Below the pieces are notes generated by a model. It was not told the origin of the DNA. It saw only the letters and a list, made by a program, of their open reading frames with translations, and made no database searches. Below are positions 27,761 through 37,329 of a stretch of 43,042 nucleotides of DNA, in pieces; the first letter of the stretch is position 1; each line of letters begins with the position of its first letter. The position numbers and the translations under genes were made by a program. The stretch comes from a bacterium. Lineage in GTDB: Bacteria; Patescibacteriota; Minisyncoccia; Phycocordibacterales; UBA918. The stretch is taken from assembly GCA_043719295.1 (NCBI GenBank), contig JAYSUD010000004.1, positions 1 through 43,042 on the forward strand, in the 5' to 3' direction.

Positions 27761-29572
27761 ATGGGATTTCTAGATTTTACAAAACAGAAAAAAGAGGAGG
27801 ATTCAACACAGCAAGAAGATGTGCAGGCAATTTCTGATGCACTGTTAACACTTGAAGATGTTATTGCTCCATCAGGAATTGAGATTGGTTCACGAAGCAT
27901 CAACATTAGTGGCACCTATGCCCGAACTTTTTTTGCAGTCTCGTATCCACGCTACTTAAACGATGGTTGGCTTGAACCTATTTTAAATCTTGAAAAAGAA
28001 CTTGATGTTTCTATTGTGATTCACCCTATCAATACTGCAGATACACTTAAGAAGTTTCAAAAAAAAGTGGCTGAGGTTCAAAGTCAGATTAACATTCGTG
28101 CTGAAAAGGGGATGGTGCGAGATCCACAACTTGAAGCGGCGTACCGTAACCTTGAAGACCTACGTGACCGACTACAACAAGCAGAGGAGAAACTTTTTAA
28201 CGTAGGTTTGTATGTCACGTTGTACGCAAGTGATGATGTGACCTTAAACAAAACAGAGTCTGAGATAAAAGGAATTCTAGATTCACGGTTAATTTATCTA
28301 AAACCAGCACTCTTTCAGCAAGAACAAGGACTTAAAAGTGTTCTCCCGTTTATGCAGGACGAACTCCTTATCCATAGCAAGTTTAACTCTTCACCACTTT
28401 CAAGTTTTTTTCCGTTTACATCTTTTGATCTCACCTCAGACAGTGGAATTCTCTATGGTATCAATCGTCACAACTCGTCTTTGGTACTCTTTGATCGCTT
28501 TGCGCTCACCAATTACAACTCAGTTACGTTTGCTACCTCAGGAGCAGGGAAGTCATACATGTGCAAACTGGAGATTTTGCGATCACTTATGTTTGGTACT
28601 GAAGTTATTGTTATTGACCCTGAACGAGAGTATGAGTACTTAGCTGAGGCAACAGGAGGTCGCTTTTTCAACATCTCACTTTCGTCAACTCACCACATTA
28701 ACCCGTTTGACTTACCGGTACCACAAGAAGACGAGAACCCAGAAGACGTTCTTCGGTCACACATTATTGAGCTCATTGGGCTTTTTAGACTTATGCTTGG
28801 AGGTCTTTCCCCTGAAGAAGAAACGATTGTTGATCAGGCAATTAATGAAACATATGCACTTAAAGATATTGCAGGTAATGTTGATTTTGGAGACCTTGAA
28901 CCACCACTACTTTCAGACTTCGAAATGGTACTTGCAGGAATGGAAGGGAGTTCGTCTCTTATCTCACGATTGCAAAAATACACAGGAGGTACGTGGTCTG
29001 GTTTTATGAACAAGGCAACAAACGTCGACATTAACCAAAAGTTTGTTGTATTTTCGCTTCGTGACATGGAAGACGAACTTAAGACAATCGCCATGTACAT
29101 CATCACAAACCACATCTGGAGTGCGATTAGACGACGTTTGGTTAAGCGTTTAATGGTTATTGACGAAGCATGGTGGATGATGAAAAGTGAAGACACTGCT
29201 TCGTTCTTGTTTATGCTCGCTAAGCGTGGAAGAAAATACTATCTTGGACTTTCTACCATCACCCAAGACGTAGACGACTTCTTGCGTTCACCCTATGGAG
29301 TACCAATGATCACTAACTCGTCATTACAGATGCTTATGAAGCAGTCACCTACAGCAATTGATAATATCCAAAATACGTTTAACTTAACTGACGAAGAGAA
29401 ATTCTTGTTACTTGAATCGGGAGTAGGAGAGGGGATTTTCTTTGCAGGACTAAAACATGTCGCTATTAAAGTTATTGCTTCATACACTGAAGACCAAATT
29501 ATCACTTCAGACCCATCACAGATTTTACAAATCAAAAAAGCAAAAGAAGAACTTCGTAATTCTACAAGTTAG
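27761..29572 (+). CDS. virB4: VirB4-like secretion ATPase
   Basis: Walker A ATSGAGKS, VIDPEREY, HHINPFD, Walker B MVIDEAW, KRGRKY. Confidence 0.88.
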   Translation: MGFLDFTKQKKEEDSTQQEDVQAISDALLTLEDVIAPSGIEIGSRSINISGTYARTFFAVSYPRYLNDGWLEPILNLEKELDVSIVIHPINTADTLKKFQKKVAEVQSQINIRAEKGMVRDPQLEAAYRNLEDLRDRLQQAEEKLFNVGLYVTLYASDDVTLNKTESEIKGILDSRLIYLKPALFQQEQGLKSVLPFMQDELLIHSKFNSSPLSSFFPFTSFDLTSDSGILYGINRHNSSLVLFDRFALTNYNSVTFATSGAGKSYMCKLEILRSLMFGTEVIVIDPEREYEYLAEATGGRFFNISLSSTHHINPFDLPVPQEDENPEDVLRSHIIELIGLFRLMLGGLSPEEETIVDQAINETYALKDIAGNVDFGDLEPPLLSDFEMVLAGMEGSSSLISRLQKYTGGTWSGFMNKATNVDINQKFVVFSLRDMEDELKTIAMYIITNHIWSAIRRRLVKRLMVIDEAWWMMKSEDTASFLFMLAKRGRKYYLGLSTITQDVDDFLRSPYGVPMITNSSLQMLMKQSPTAIDNIQNTFNLTDEEKFLLLESGVGEGIFFAGLKHVAIKVIASYTEDQIITSDPSQILQIKKAKEELRNSTS

Positions 29573-29574
29573 CT

Positions 29575-30318
29575 ATGTCAAAGACTTCTCTTGCAACTTC
29601 GCCTTCTACAACCATCTATGGGAAGGAGAAACGAACAAAAGAGCAGATGGCCAAGGCAACAGCCTGGCAAGCAGGTGAATATAGGGGGAGAAATTCAATA
29701 CCTGGATTACAGTCTAAAAAAAATCCAAGGTCAGACAAGCTTCAAACTAAAGCACAAATTACACAAAGTGTTATCGCTCAAGCTAAATTGGATCTGATTG
29801 AAGATATGATACAAATGTCCGAAAAAGAGGAGGAGGACTTTTTGCGGTACATGGAAGAGAATCTGTATTCGATACAAGATTCATATTTACGAGGAGGGGA
29901 GAGAGGAAATATTTTAGGCTCAGCATTAAAAGCCTATAAAACATTTAAGGCAGCTCGAGCTAGTTGGTTTATTTTTTATACTGCTATTGGATTTTCAGTC
30001 CCGCAATTAGCTTTTTGGGTGTTTTCTCTTATTGGTTTAGGGGTGGAGTCGATACCATTTGCAAGCTGGGTACTACCAGGGGAAGAACTATTTATACTTT
30101 CACATATTATTGTCATAGCAATTGGTATTACTACCATGATTTATGCATTATTGGTCTACCAAATGAGTCTCGTTAATTGGTTTGGCGGTTCTAAGTTTTT
30201 ATGGTTTGCTCTCTGTGTTGCCTTTTACTGTGCACCAGTTTTAAATGGCCCTCCTTGGTTTGTCGTATGGTTGTGGGTAGTAACAAAGAATCAGTGCAAG
30301 AAAGACGTACCCCAGTAG
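29575..30318 (+). CDS. Hypothetical membrane protein
   Basis: 3-4 C-terminal TMs; 2 bp after the virB4 stop. Confidence 0.65.
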   Translation: MSKTSLATSPSTTIYGKEKRTKEQMAKATAWQAGEYRGRNSIPGLQSKKNPRSDKLQTKAQITQSVIAQAKLDLIEDMIQMSEKEEEDFLRYMEENLYSIQDSYLRGGERGNILGSALKAYKTFKAARASWFIFYTAIGFSVPQLAFWVFSLIGLGVESIPFASWVLPGEELFILSHIIVIAIGITTMIYALLVYQMSLVNWFGGSKFLWFALCVAFYCAPVLNGPPWFVVWLWVVTKNQCKKDVPQ

Positions 30319-30382
30319 CCTTGAACTACCCACTGTACTAGCAATAATCCTGGTACCCTCATGGTATTCTTAATCTATAGCT

Positions 30383-31348
30383 ATGCAAAAAAAACTGTAT
30401 CCATATTTCATGGTGGCACTACTCTACATGCTTCCTTTTTTGACCTTTGCACAAACACAAGCAGAAATTCTAAGTGAGGCACTCCGAATATCAATTTCAC
30501 CTTCGTATCCAATATCAAATGAAGAGTACACAGTGACACTCCAAAGTTTTGCGGTACAAAAATCAACAGTTACTTGGTTTGTAAATGGAAAGGAGGTGAC
30601 TGCAAATAAAAATAAGGACACACTTACACAAAATGCAGGCAATCCAGGATCGAAAACAGTAGTCACTGCAGCAGTAACTACAAACGATGGCACACGTGTA
30701 GAAAAACGAGTAACTATAACTCCCTCGCGTATTGATTTGCATATTGATGGCAATTCAATAGTTCCCGCATTTTACCAAGGACGAGAACTTCCAAGCAGTG
30801 GTAACCAAATAGATGTACATGCGATTGCATTTACCGGACTAAATACCCCTCCTTCAAACTATCTTTATTTGTGGAAGCTTAATGGCGTAGTCCAAAACGG
30901 TGGGGCAGTGCGTGGAAATAATTTACTTTCTTTTACCCCTTCACTTCAAAAAGAAGTGGTAGTTTCAATTGAAGTACAAAATTCTGCTGGTCAAGTACTT
31001 GCACAGAAATCACAAAGTATTTCAATTTCACAACCAGAGCTTTACTTTTACGAACAAAACCCACTTCGTGGACTATCTCCACATGCTTTATCTAACCTCT
31101 ATACCTTTATTGCTGATGAAATGACTATTCGTGCTGAGGGCTACTTTATGAGTCCCGAACTTCAAGGTCAGAATATTCTCCGTGAGTGGAAGATCAACAA
31201 CAAAGTGGTTACAAATGCACAAACTGATCCTCAAGAAATTACAATTCAAAAAGAAGGTAATCGCGGATCTTCAAAACTTTCGTTTCACATTCGTAATTTA
31301 CAGCAACTGCTTCAGGGAGTTGAAAAAAGTATAACGTTAAGCTTTTAA
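30383..31348 (+). CDS. Exported Ig-like/beta-sandwich protein
   Basis: Signal peptide; three repeats of W.[VLI]N[GN] (TWFVNG, LWKLNG, EWKINN). Confidence 0.7.
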   Translation: MQKKLYPYFMVALLYMLPFLTFAQTQAEILSEALRISISPSYPISNEEYTVTLQSFAVQKSTVTWFVNGKEVTANKNKDTLTQNAGNPGSKTVVTAAVTTNDGTRVEKRVTITPSRIDLHIDGNSIVPAFYQGRELPSSGNQIDVHAIAFTGLNTPPSNYLYLWKLNGVVQNGGAVRGNNLLSFTPSLQKEVVVSIEVQNSAGQVLAQKSQSISISQPELYFYEQNPLRGLSPHALSNLYTFIADEMTIRAEGYFMSPELQGQNILREWKINNKVVTNAQTDPQEITIQKEGNRGSSKLSFHIRNLQQLLQGVEKSITLSF

Positions 31349-31349
31349 T

Positions 31350-32120
31350 ATGAAAAAAACTCTTTTAATTGGTATCGCTACGTTCGCACCACTTTGTGTA
31401 GTTACGCTAGCAAGTGCCCAAGGGTACACCCCGATTGCAGGTGTTCCCGGGATTGATGTAAATGCATTAAGCACCGAGGGATACGTTACTGCTCTTTATA
31501 AACTCTCAATCACGGTTGCGTGTTTACTTGCACTTTACAAGATAATTTTTGGGGGAGTAAAATGGGCACTGTCTGATGTGGTTACGGATAAAGGAGAAGC
31601 AAAAAAGGACATCAAAGGAGCTCTACTTGGTCTCCTTATTGTACTTTCTGCTGTATTGATACTTAACACTATCAATCCAAATCTAACACAACTCAACATT
31701 TTCGGCGAAGGAGCCCCGAGTATAGATGCTATTGAAAGAGCACAAAATGAATTAAATGTTTCTTTTGGTGATGCAATCAACTCTGCTTTAGCAACTCCAG
31801 CAGAAGTTGCTCGTTTTGGAGAACGTTGTCTTGGTGGCGGAGGAGTAATCTCAAGAAGTGAAATTGTCATGAATAGAGCAGGAGGTACATCGACTCTATC
31901 TAAGTGCCTTACAAATCCAGCAAATATTAACGCTAATATAGGTGATACGTTTGATGCTTCAAAATATCCACCTGGAACAGGTGAATCTAGATTTAAGGAA
32001 ACATGTGAAGGTAATGGTGGAAGAGTCGGTGATAATCTGTTTGGTATTGATGATGAGTGTGTATCAAGGAATCCGAGTGATGGTCCAGGTGACGATGGTG
32101 TAATTCCTCCAATTATTTAA
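31350..32120 (+). CDS. VirB2-like T4SS pilin with Cys-containing C-terminal extension
   Basis: Signal peptide; TM-GG.KW....AKK.I..ALLGL-TM-LILNTINPNL. Confidence 0.75.
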   Translation: MKKTLLIGIATFAPLCVVTLASAQGYTPIAGVPGIDVNALSTEGYVTALYKLSITVACLLALYKIIFGGVKWALSDVVTDKGEAKKDIKGALLGLLIVLSAVLILNTINPNLTQLNIFGEGAPSIDAIERAQNELNVSFGDAINSALATPAEVARFGERCLGGGGVISRSEIVMNRAGGTSTLSKCLTNPANINANIGDTFDASKYPPGTGESRFKETCEGNGGRVGDNLFGIDDECVSRNPSDGPGDDGVIPPII

Positions 32121-32165
32121 AATAGAATAGAATAATCTTTTACATCAGTACAGTATACTTACACT

Positions 32166-33344
32166 ATGAAACGATCACTTATCATCACTATTGGCATACT
32201 CATTATTCTCCTTATTATTGGTTTGTGGGTATACCTGATGCTTTACGGGGCACCGAAAGAAACACGCGAAGTGTTTACAAACTTAGGTTTTAGTTCAAAC
32301 GGGAACGTGCCAACAAAAGTGATTGATGTTGAAAATATACAAAATCAAGGTACTAATCTTTCCCTTACTGGTTTAGCTTTGCAACAAATAACTACACGCG
32401 CTGTAGCAGGCTTTGGATTTGTTGAAGATACTAATACAAAGATACGATATGTAGAGAAGGGGACAGGACACGTCTACGAGATAGATACGAAAGAAAGCAT
32501 TGAAAATCAAATTTCACTCACTACCATTCCAAAAATTGCAGAAGCTGTTTTTTCTCCTTCAGGGGACATTGTTGTGATGACTTCATACGATGGATATGAT
32601 AAAAAAGTTATTCTTGGTACTGTAGATAGAAAGAAGCAGTCGCTGTCACTTATTACGCTGCCTCAAAATGCCGAAAACATTTCATTTCTAAATGACAAAG
32701 TTCTTTACTTTAGTGTTGAAAACGATGATGGAACCAAAGGATACTCATACGTCATTTCAAGTTTGGCCCAAACAGAAATTTTTTCACTTAAACTTAGTGA
32801 TCTTATAGTTACGTGGGGGAATGGACATAATGGTATAACAATTGAAACAAAGCCAACCGCTTCACAAGAAGGGTACACTTATACCATTTCAAAAAATATT
32901 CTTACACCAAAAAAAGCAAAGGGGTATGGTCTCTCAATACTGAGTAATCAAACACATACAATCGCTTCAACTATAGAAGGTTCTACATACGTATCGACTC
33001 TACACGGCACAGCATCAGAAATCAAACAACCGATGCTTATGCTTAAAGAAAAATGTGTGTTCGATAACAATAAAAAAGATGTGGTTTGGTGTGCGTCTCC
33101 TTTAACACCTCCTTCAGCCAACTATCTTGAAAACTGGTATAAGGGGATTTTGACTTCTGAAGACTACCTCTGGCAAGTTGATCTTACTTCACAAAGTGCA
33201 CAATTGATTGGAGACTTTCAAAAATTAAGTGGAAAAGTCATTGATGTTGAACACATGGAAAGTACACAAGACGGTAGAACACTTATTTTCACCAACAAAA
33301 TCGACCAGACATTGTGGTTATACAAAATCACAGAGGATAATTAA
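32166..33344 (+). CDS. Membrane-anchored beta-propeller-like protein
   Basis: N-terminal TM; YVEKGTGHVY, FSPSGD, LIFTNKIDQTLW. Confidence 0.7.
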   Translation: MKRSLIITIGILIILLIIGLWVYLMLYGAPKETREVFTNLGFSSNGNVPTKVIDVENIQNQGTNLSLTGLALQQITTRAVAGFGFVEDTNTKIRYVEKGTGHVYEIDTKESIENQISLTTIPKIAEAVFSPSGDIVVMTSYDGYDKKVILGTVDRKKQSLSLITLPQNAENISFLNDKVLYFSVENDDGTKGYSYVISSLAQTEIFSLKLSDLIVTWGNGHNGITIETKPTASQEGYTYTISKNILTPKKAKGYGLSILSNQTHTIASTIEGSTYVSTLHGTASEIKQPMLMLKEKCVFDNNKKDVVWCASPLTPPSANYLENWYKGILTSEDYLWQVDLTSQSAQLIGDFQKLSGKVIDVEHMESTQDGRTLIFTNKIDQTLWLYKITEDN

Positions 33345-33398
33345 GAAGGTCAATTGTAGCAATAACTACCCTTGCTCCAATTGAGAAAGCAAAGCGCC

Positions 33399-33440
33399 GA
33401 TAAAACCCCCATAGCTCAATTGAGCTATGGGGGTTTTATC
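33399..33440. terminator. Perfect 42-bp palindrome between convergent genes
   Basis: gataaaacccccatagctcaa|ttgagctatgggggttttatc. Confidence 0.65.
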
Positions 33441-33457
33441 TAGCATTAATATAGAAT

Positions 33458-33597
33458 TTGGACCTTCACAAACGAGTGAGAAGTGATACAAAATCACTTC
33501 GCAAGAGGTTGCCTGCTCTTTTGGAAAAAGAGTGACAACCTGAACAGTTTCTGTAAGAAACAGATAACGAAGAAATGTGACGTTTTTGTAGGTTCAA
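33458..33597 (+). repeat. Structured repeat family B, copy 3 (full outer socket)
   Basis: AAACGAGTGAGAAGTGA..TCACTTCGCAAGAGGTTG..CAACCTGAACAGTTTCTGTAAGAAAC..AACGAAGAAATGTGACGTTT. Confidence 0.87.
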
Positions 33598-34326
33598 TTA
33601 CACTTTATGTTTTCGAATCAGTAGCTCCTGAATGATTGCGGTAATACTACTTACTACAAAGTACAAACCGATAATTGCTGAGAGTGTGTACGCTGCAAAA
33701 GTAATAATAATAGGCATGACGTATTTCATTTGTACTTGTAGACTTCGTGCAAAATCGTCTTTCATGTTTGCTTTTTCACCTTCTACACGGGGTTTAAGGG
33801 GAGGGAAAGCAAGATACCCATGACCGAATTGGAATAATCCTGCAAGAAGTGCCAGAGGCAAACTTTTTTGTGTGATATCGATAAGACCTAAAAAGAGCAC
33901 TGATACTGTTTCTGGTTTTGGAATAAAAGAATACAAGAGGTCTATGTTCGTTTCTGGTAGTGCAACACCACCTCCTGATGCAACGGCAAAATAAAGAGCG
34001 ATAACAATCGGGATTTGGATAAACATAAGCAAGATGCTTGCAAATGGATTTATTCCTGAGGTTTTATAGAGCAACATGATTGCTCGAGCTTGTTCTTGTT
34101 TATCAGTAAGATTTATTTTTATCTCTTTGATCTGTGGATCAATTTCTTTAATTATCTTTTGTGTCTTTGCTGCCTTAATAGAAAGAGGGAAGAGAATAGC
34201 TTTTACCGTAATTGTTATCAAAATCACTGCGATACCTACGTCTCCCCCTGGAACCGCGTCTACAAAAAAGATTAAGCCGTTATATACCGGATCAAAGAAA
34301 AATAAATGCCAAATTAAACTCCACAT
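33598..34326 (-). CDS. yidC: Membrane protein insertase YidC (short form)
   Basis: GIAVILITITVKAILFPL, LYK..GINPF, IQIPI, MKYVMP; downstream of rnpA. Confidence 0.92.
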   Translation of the reverse strand: MWSLIWHLFFFDPVYNGLIFFVDAVPGGDVGIAVILITITVKAILFPLSIKAAKTQKIIKEIDPQIKEIKINLTDKQEQARAIMLLYKTSGINPFASILLMFIQIPIVIALYFAVASGGGVALPETNIDLLYSFIPKPETVSVLFLGLIDITQKSLPLALLAGLFQFGHGYLAFPPLKPRVEGEKANMKDDFARSLQVQMKYVMPIIITFAAYTLSAIIGLYFVVSSITAIIQELLIRKHKV

Positions 34327-34384
34327 AAAACAACGTTAAAATTAATAGCGACATTGTAACGTATATTGAGCCTCGCGTCGAAAA

Positions 34385-34717
34385 TCAGTTCCTTTGGGTT
34401 TTTTCAAGAAGCTCCTTAAGTTCTTCCCTAAACTTAAAAGGGAGGATAGTCTTAATAGTTGGTTTGGTGATGATGATGTAAATTGAAGTATTTTTTGTAT
34501 TTTTATGGAATGTTGAAAGAACGGAATATAGTTGACGTCGTAACCTGTTTCTCTCAACTGCTTTTTTATACACTTTTTTTGAAACTACTATTGATCCGTG
34601 AAAGGATTCTGAGGTAGTATCGACGATAAGTTGTAGATAGGGGAGGTTCATTCGCTTCCCAACAGAAAAAGAACGATTAAACTGATCTCGTGTTAATCGT
34701 TCTTTTTGAGGAAGCAT
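34385..34717 (-). CDS. rnpA: Ribonuclease P protein component
   Basis: MLPQKERL, VVSKKVYKKAVERNRLRR (RNR motif). Confidence 0.92.
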   Translation of the reverse strand: MLPQKERLTRDQFNRSFSVGKRMNLPYLQLIVDTTSESFHGSIVVSKKVYKKAVERNRLRRQLYSVLSTFHKNTKNTSIYIIITKPTIKTILPFKFREELKELLEKTQRN

Positions 34718-34891
34718 ATATACGTATATAGTGTTTATTAAGCCTACCAGCCTATTTGAACGCATGTTTCTAAGTCATTTTATTCCTAAGAACATGCTGT
34801 CCCAACTCGCTTGTTTTGCATTTGTAATAGCAAAACATAGCTCCGTTTCATATAACTGAAAAACTGTGCGCAGGCACAGTTTTTCTTAACG

Positions 34892-35041
34892 TTATATGCT
34901 TTTCTTTACAGAAAGCTGTGCCCGTCCTTTGCGTCGTCGTGCTTGGATCACTTTGTTACCCCCTGGAGTTGCGGTACGTACCAAAAACCCGTGAGTTGTC
35001 ATACGCTTTTGCTTACTTGGTTGATATGTTCGTTTTGTCAT
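34892..35041 (-). CDS. rpmH: 50S ribosomal protein L34 (not in ORF track)
   Basis: Manual translation [49 protein letters not shown]. Confidence 0.96.
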   Translation of the reverse strand: MTKRTYQPSKQKRMTTHGFLVRTATPGGNKVIQARRRKGRAQLSVKKSI

Positions 35042-35086
35042 ATTTTTGAGTCTCTAATGTTTGTGGACAGAACTGTACACTATTTA

Positions 35087-35210
35087 CAGAACTTACGCAA
35101 ACGGCACACTTCTTTGTTGTACTGCATAAAATGCTCCTCACCGTACTATGCGTACGGCTCGTCGTATTTTGTTTGTACGCCTCGAATTGCACTCGTCTAC
35201 CTAAGTTCTG
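35087..35210 (-). repeat. Structured repeat family C, copy 4
   Basis: + strand cagaactta..AAACGGCACACTTCTTTGTTG..CTCACCGTAC-tatgc-GTACG..CCTCGAATTGCACTCGT..taagttctg. Confidence 0.85.
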
Positions 35211-35336
35211 GTACTAAATATTTATTAGATTTATAGCTACACTCTTAATAGGCATAGTAAGGTAAATCTAAAAAGTAAGATAATGCCCGAGATACGCGAA
35301 GTACAAGAAATTTTTTATGAGCCCTACTTGTTGTAG

Positions 35337-35412
35337 GGTGGGAAGCGAATACTTGGAGCTTCGCAAGACCTTGAGCATTTTTATGCAAAAGGTGTACAGC
35401 TTCTGTAAGAAG
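35337..35412 (+). repeat. Structured repeat family B, copy 4 (core only)
   Basis: GGTGGGAAGC..GCTTCGCAAGACCTT..AAGGTGTACAGCTTCTGTAAGAAG. Confidence 0.8.
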
Positions 35413-35602
35413 AGTGAAAGTTTCGTAGTACGACAAAGTAGATGGGGTATTATATTGCTTTTTGTGTTGTGCACAGGTTATGCACAGATGAATGGACTTG
35501 CCAAAAAAATCATCCCTCCTGGCACAGGAAAATCAAAAAGTGTTTACAGTTTTTCATACGCACGTATAATGTTTTCTACATCTAATTTCAGTAAAAATTC
35601 CT

Positions 35603-36985
35603 ATGAATCCACTTACTCATCCCACAATCAACACCATTGTCCACACAGAACAAGTTGATGTAAAAAAACTCTGGGATGACGCATTAGTGACGATAGAACT
35701 CTCTATTACTCCTGCGAACTTTAAGACTTGGTTTCGAGATACACACATTGTCTCACTTGAAGATGGAACAATCACGCTTGGCGTACCAAGTGTCTTTGTT
35801 CGTGATTGGTTGGCTGATAAGTTTCAGTCAATGATGCTCAAGACGCTTCGTGAACTCACCAACCACGTACGAAGTATTGAGTACGCAGTTATCCAACGAA
35901 GTGACCGTAAGCAAGAAACATCACGCCCACAAACGGTAAACGCAGCACTTCCTCTTGAGGAGTACTACATCAACAAAAGTGACAACCTCAATCCAAAATA
36001 CCTCTTTGAAACCTTTGTTATTGGCCCTTTTAACGCACTGGCACACGCTGCAGCAAAGACCGTAAGTGAGAAGCCAGGTATTGCATACAATCCACTATTC
36101 ATCTATGGAAAGACTGGGCATGGAAAGACCCACCTTATACAAGCAGTAGGGAACCAACTTAAGAAGTCAGGGCGAAAGGTTTTCTATGTAACTAGCGAAC
36201 GATTCACTGTTGACTACTTCAATAGCCTTCAAAATGGTACAGCTAATAATTTCAAAGATAAGTACCGACAATACGATGTGCTTATTATGGATGATGTTCA
36301 GTTCCTAGCTAATAAAGAGAAGACTCAGGAAGAATTGTTCCATCTTTTTAATGCACTTCATGACAACAATAAACAAATTGTTTTCTCAAGTGACGTACAC
36401 CCAGCATTATTACCAGGTCTTGAAGAACGACTTCAGTCGCGTTTTGCACAAGGGATGATTGTTGATATCCCTGCACCTGATATGGAGTCACGTGCTGCAA
36501 TTTTGCGTGCAAAAACAGCACAACAAGGATTAATGCTCATTGATGAGGTTATTGACCACCTTGCACACACTATTGAAGGTAACATTCGTGAGCTTGAAGG
36601 GGCACTAAACACTATTATGTGCCAATCACAGCTACTTGGACGAACACTTTCATTAGAAGAAGTGAAACAAATCATCAAAAATAGCACCAGGCCACGTAAA
36701 ACGCTTGCAGTAGCGGATGTGGTTGATAAAATCGCTCGTTATTTTGATGTAGAACCTGCATCAATTTACGAAAAAACAAGACGAAAGGAAATTGTGAAGC
36801 CGCGACAGCTTATTATGTATATTCTCCGTGAAGATTTCCAAGTTTCATATCCAGCAATTGGCCTCAAACTAGGTGGCCGAGACCACACAACAGTCATTCA
36901 CTCTTGTGAAAAAATTAAAAACGACTTAAAAGGGAACTCAGACCTCGAAGAAGAAATTACACAGATACGATTATTACTGAAGTAA
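35603..36985 (+). CDS. dnaA: Chromosomal replication initiator DnaA
   Basis: YNPLFIYGKTGHGKTHL, DDVQFL, TQEELFHLFN, GNIRELEGAL, GGRDHTTVIH. Confidence 0.98.
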   Translation: MNPLTHPTINTIVHTEQVDVKKLWDDALVTIELSITPANFKTWFRDTHIVSLEDGTITLGVPSVFVRDWLADKFQSMMLKTLRELTNHVRSIEYAVIQRSDRKQETSRPQTVNAALPLEEYYINKSDNLNPKYLFETFVIGPFNALAHAAAKTVSEKPGIAYNPLFIYGKTGHGKTHLIQAVGNQLKKSGRKVFYVTSERFTVDYFNSLQNGTANNFKDKYRQYDVLIMDDVQFLANKEKTQEELFHLFNALHDNNKQIVFSSDVHPALLPGLEERLQSRFAQGMIVDIPAPDMESRAAILRAKTAQQGLMLIDEVIDHLAHTIEGNIRELEGALNTIMCQSQLLGRTLSLEEVKQIIKNSTRPRKTLAVADVVDKIARYFDVEPASIYEKTRRKEIVKPRQLIMYILREDFQVSYPAIGLKLGGRDHTTVIHSCEKIKNDLKGNSDLEEEITQIRLLLK

Positions 36986-37019
36986 CAACAATGACGGCTT
37001 ACGCCGTCATTGTTGTTAC
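36982..37019 (+). terminator. 17-bp-stem hairpin at the dnaA stop
   Basis: gtaacaacaatgacggc-ttac-gccgtcattgttgttac. Confidence 0.55.
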
Positions 37020-37024
37020 ATAAG

Positions 37025-37325
37025 TAAAGGTGTGGAGAATAGGTGTGTAAGTTAGGATACGAACCATTGGTAAAGTTGGATAAGAATGTATAAAATAGAA
37101 AAAGTTAAGTAAATAGTTGGATAAGGGTGTGTATAAAAATGAGTTAATCCACAACTAAAACATACATCAACACTTATCCTCAGTTACACACACATCAAAT
37201 CATCATGTTAACCACAGCTCTACGCAAAAACAACCTCAAAATAAACCATACGATAAGCCATGAAAGTGACTTTCCCACAAATCCACAGGGCTAATAAAGA
37301 AGAGTAAAATTGTTTAATAAAAAAT
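37025..37325. other. Replication origin oriC (dnaA-dnaN spacer)
   Basis: About ten DnaA-box-like 9-mers (tgtggagaa, gttggataa x2, tgtgtataa, then taatccaca, ttatcctca, ttacacaca, ttaaccaca, aaatccaca) switching orientation mid-region; last box followed by GGGC and an A-rich tract. Confidence 0.85.
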
Positions 37326-37329
37326 ATAT

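Noticed and set aside
21487-33344. Integrative conjugative element
   Set aside because: No relaxase, coupling protein, integrase or boundary repeats; flanked by core genes.
34943-35658. Short ORFs in the rpmH-dnaA spacer; likewise 10011, 10057, 16543, 42828 and 1056
   Set aside because: They coincide with repeat families B, C, D or antisense rpmH; chance ORFs.
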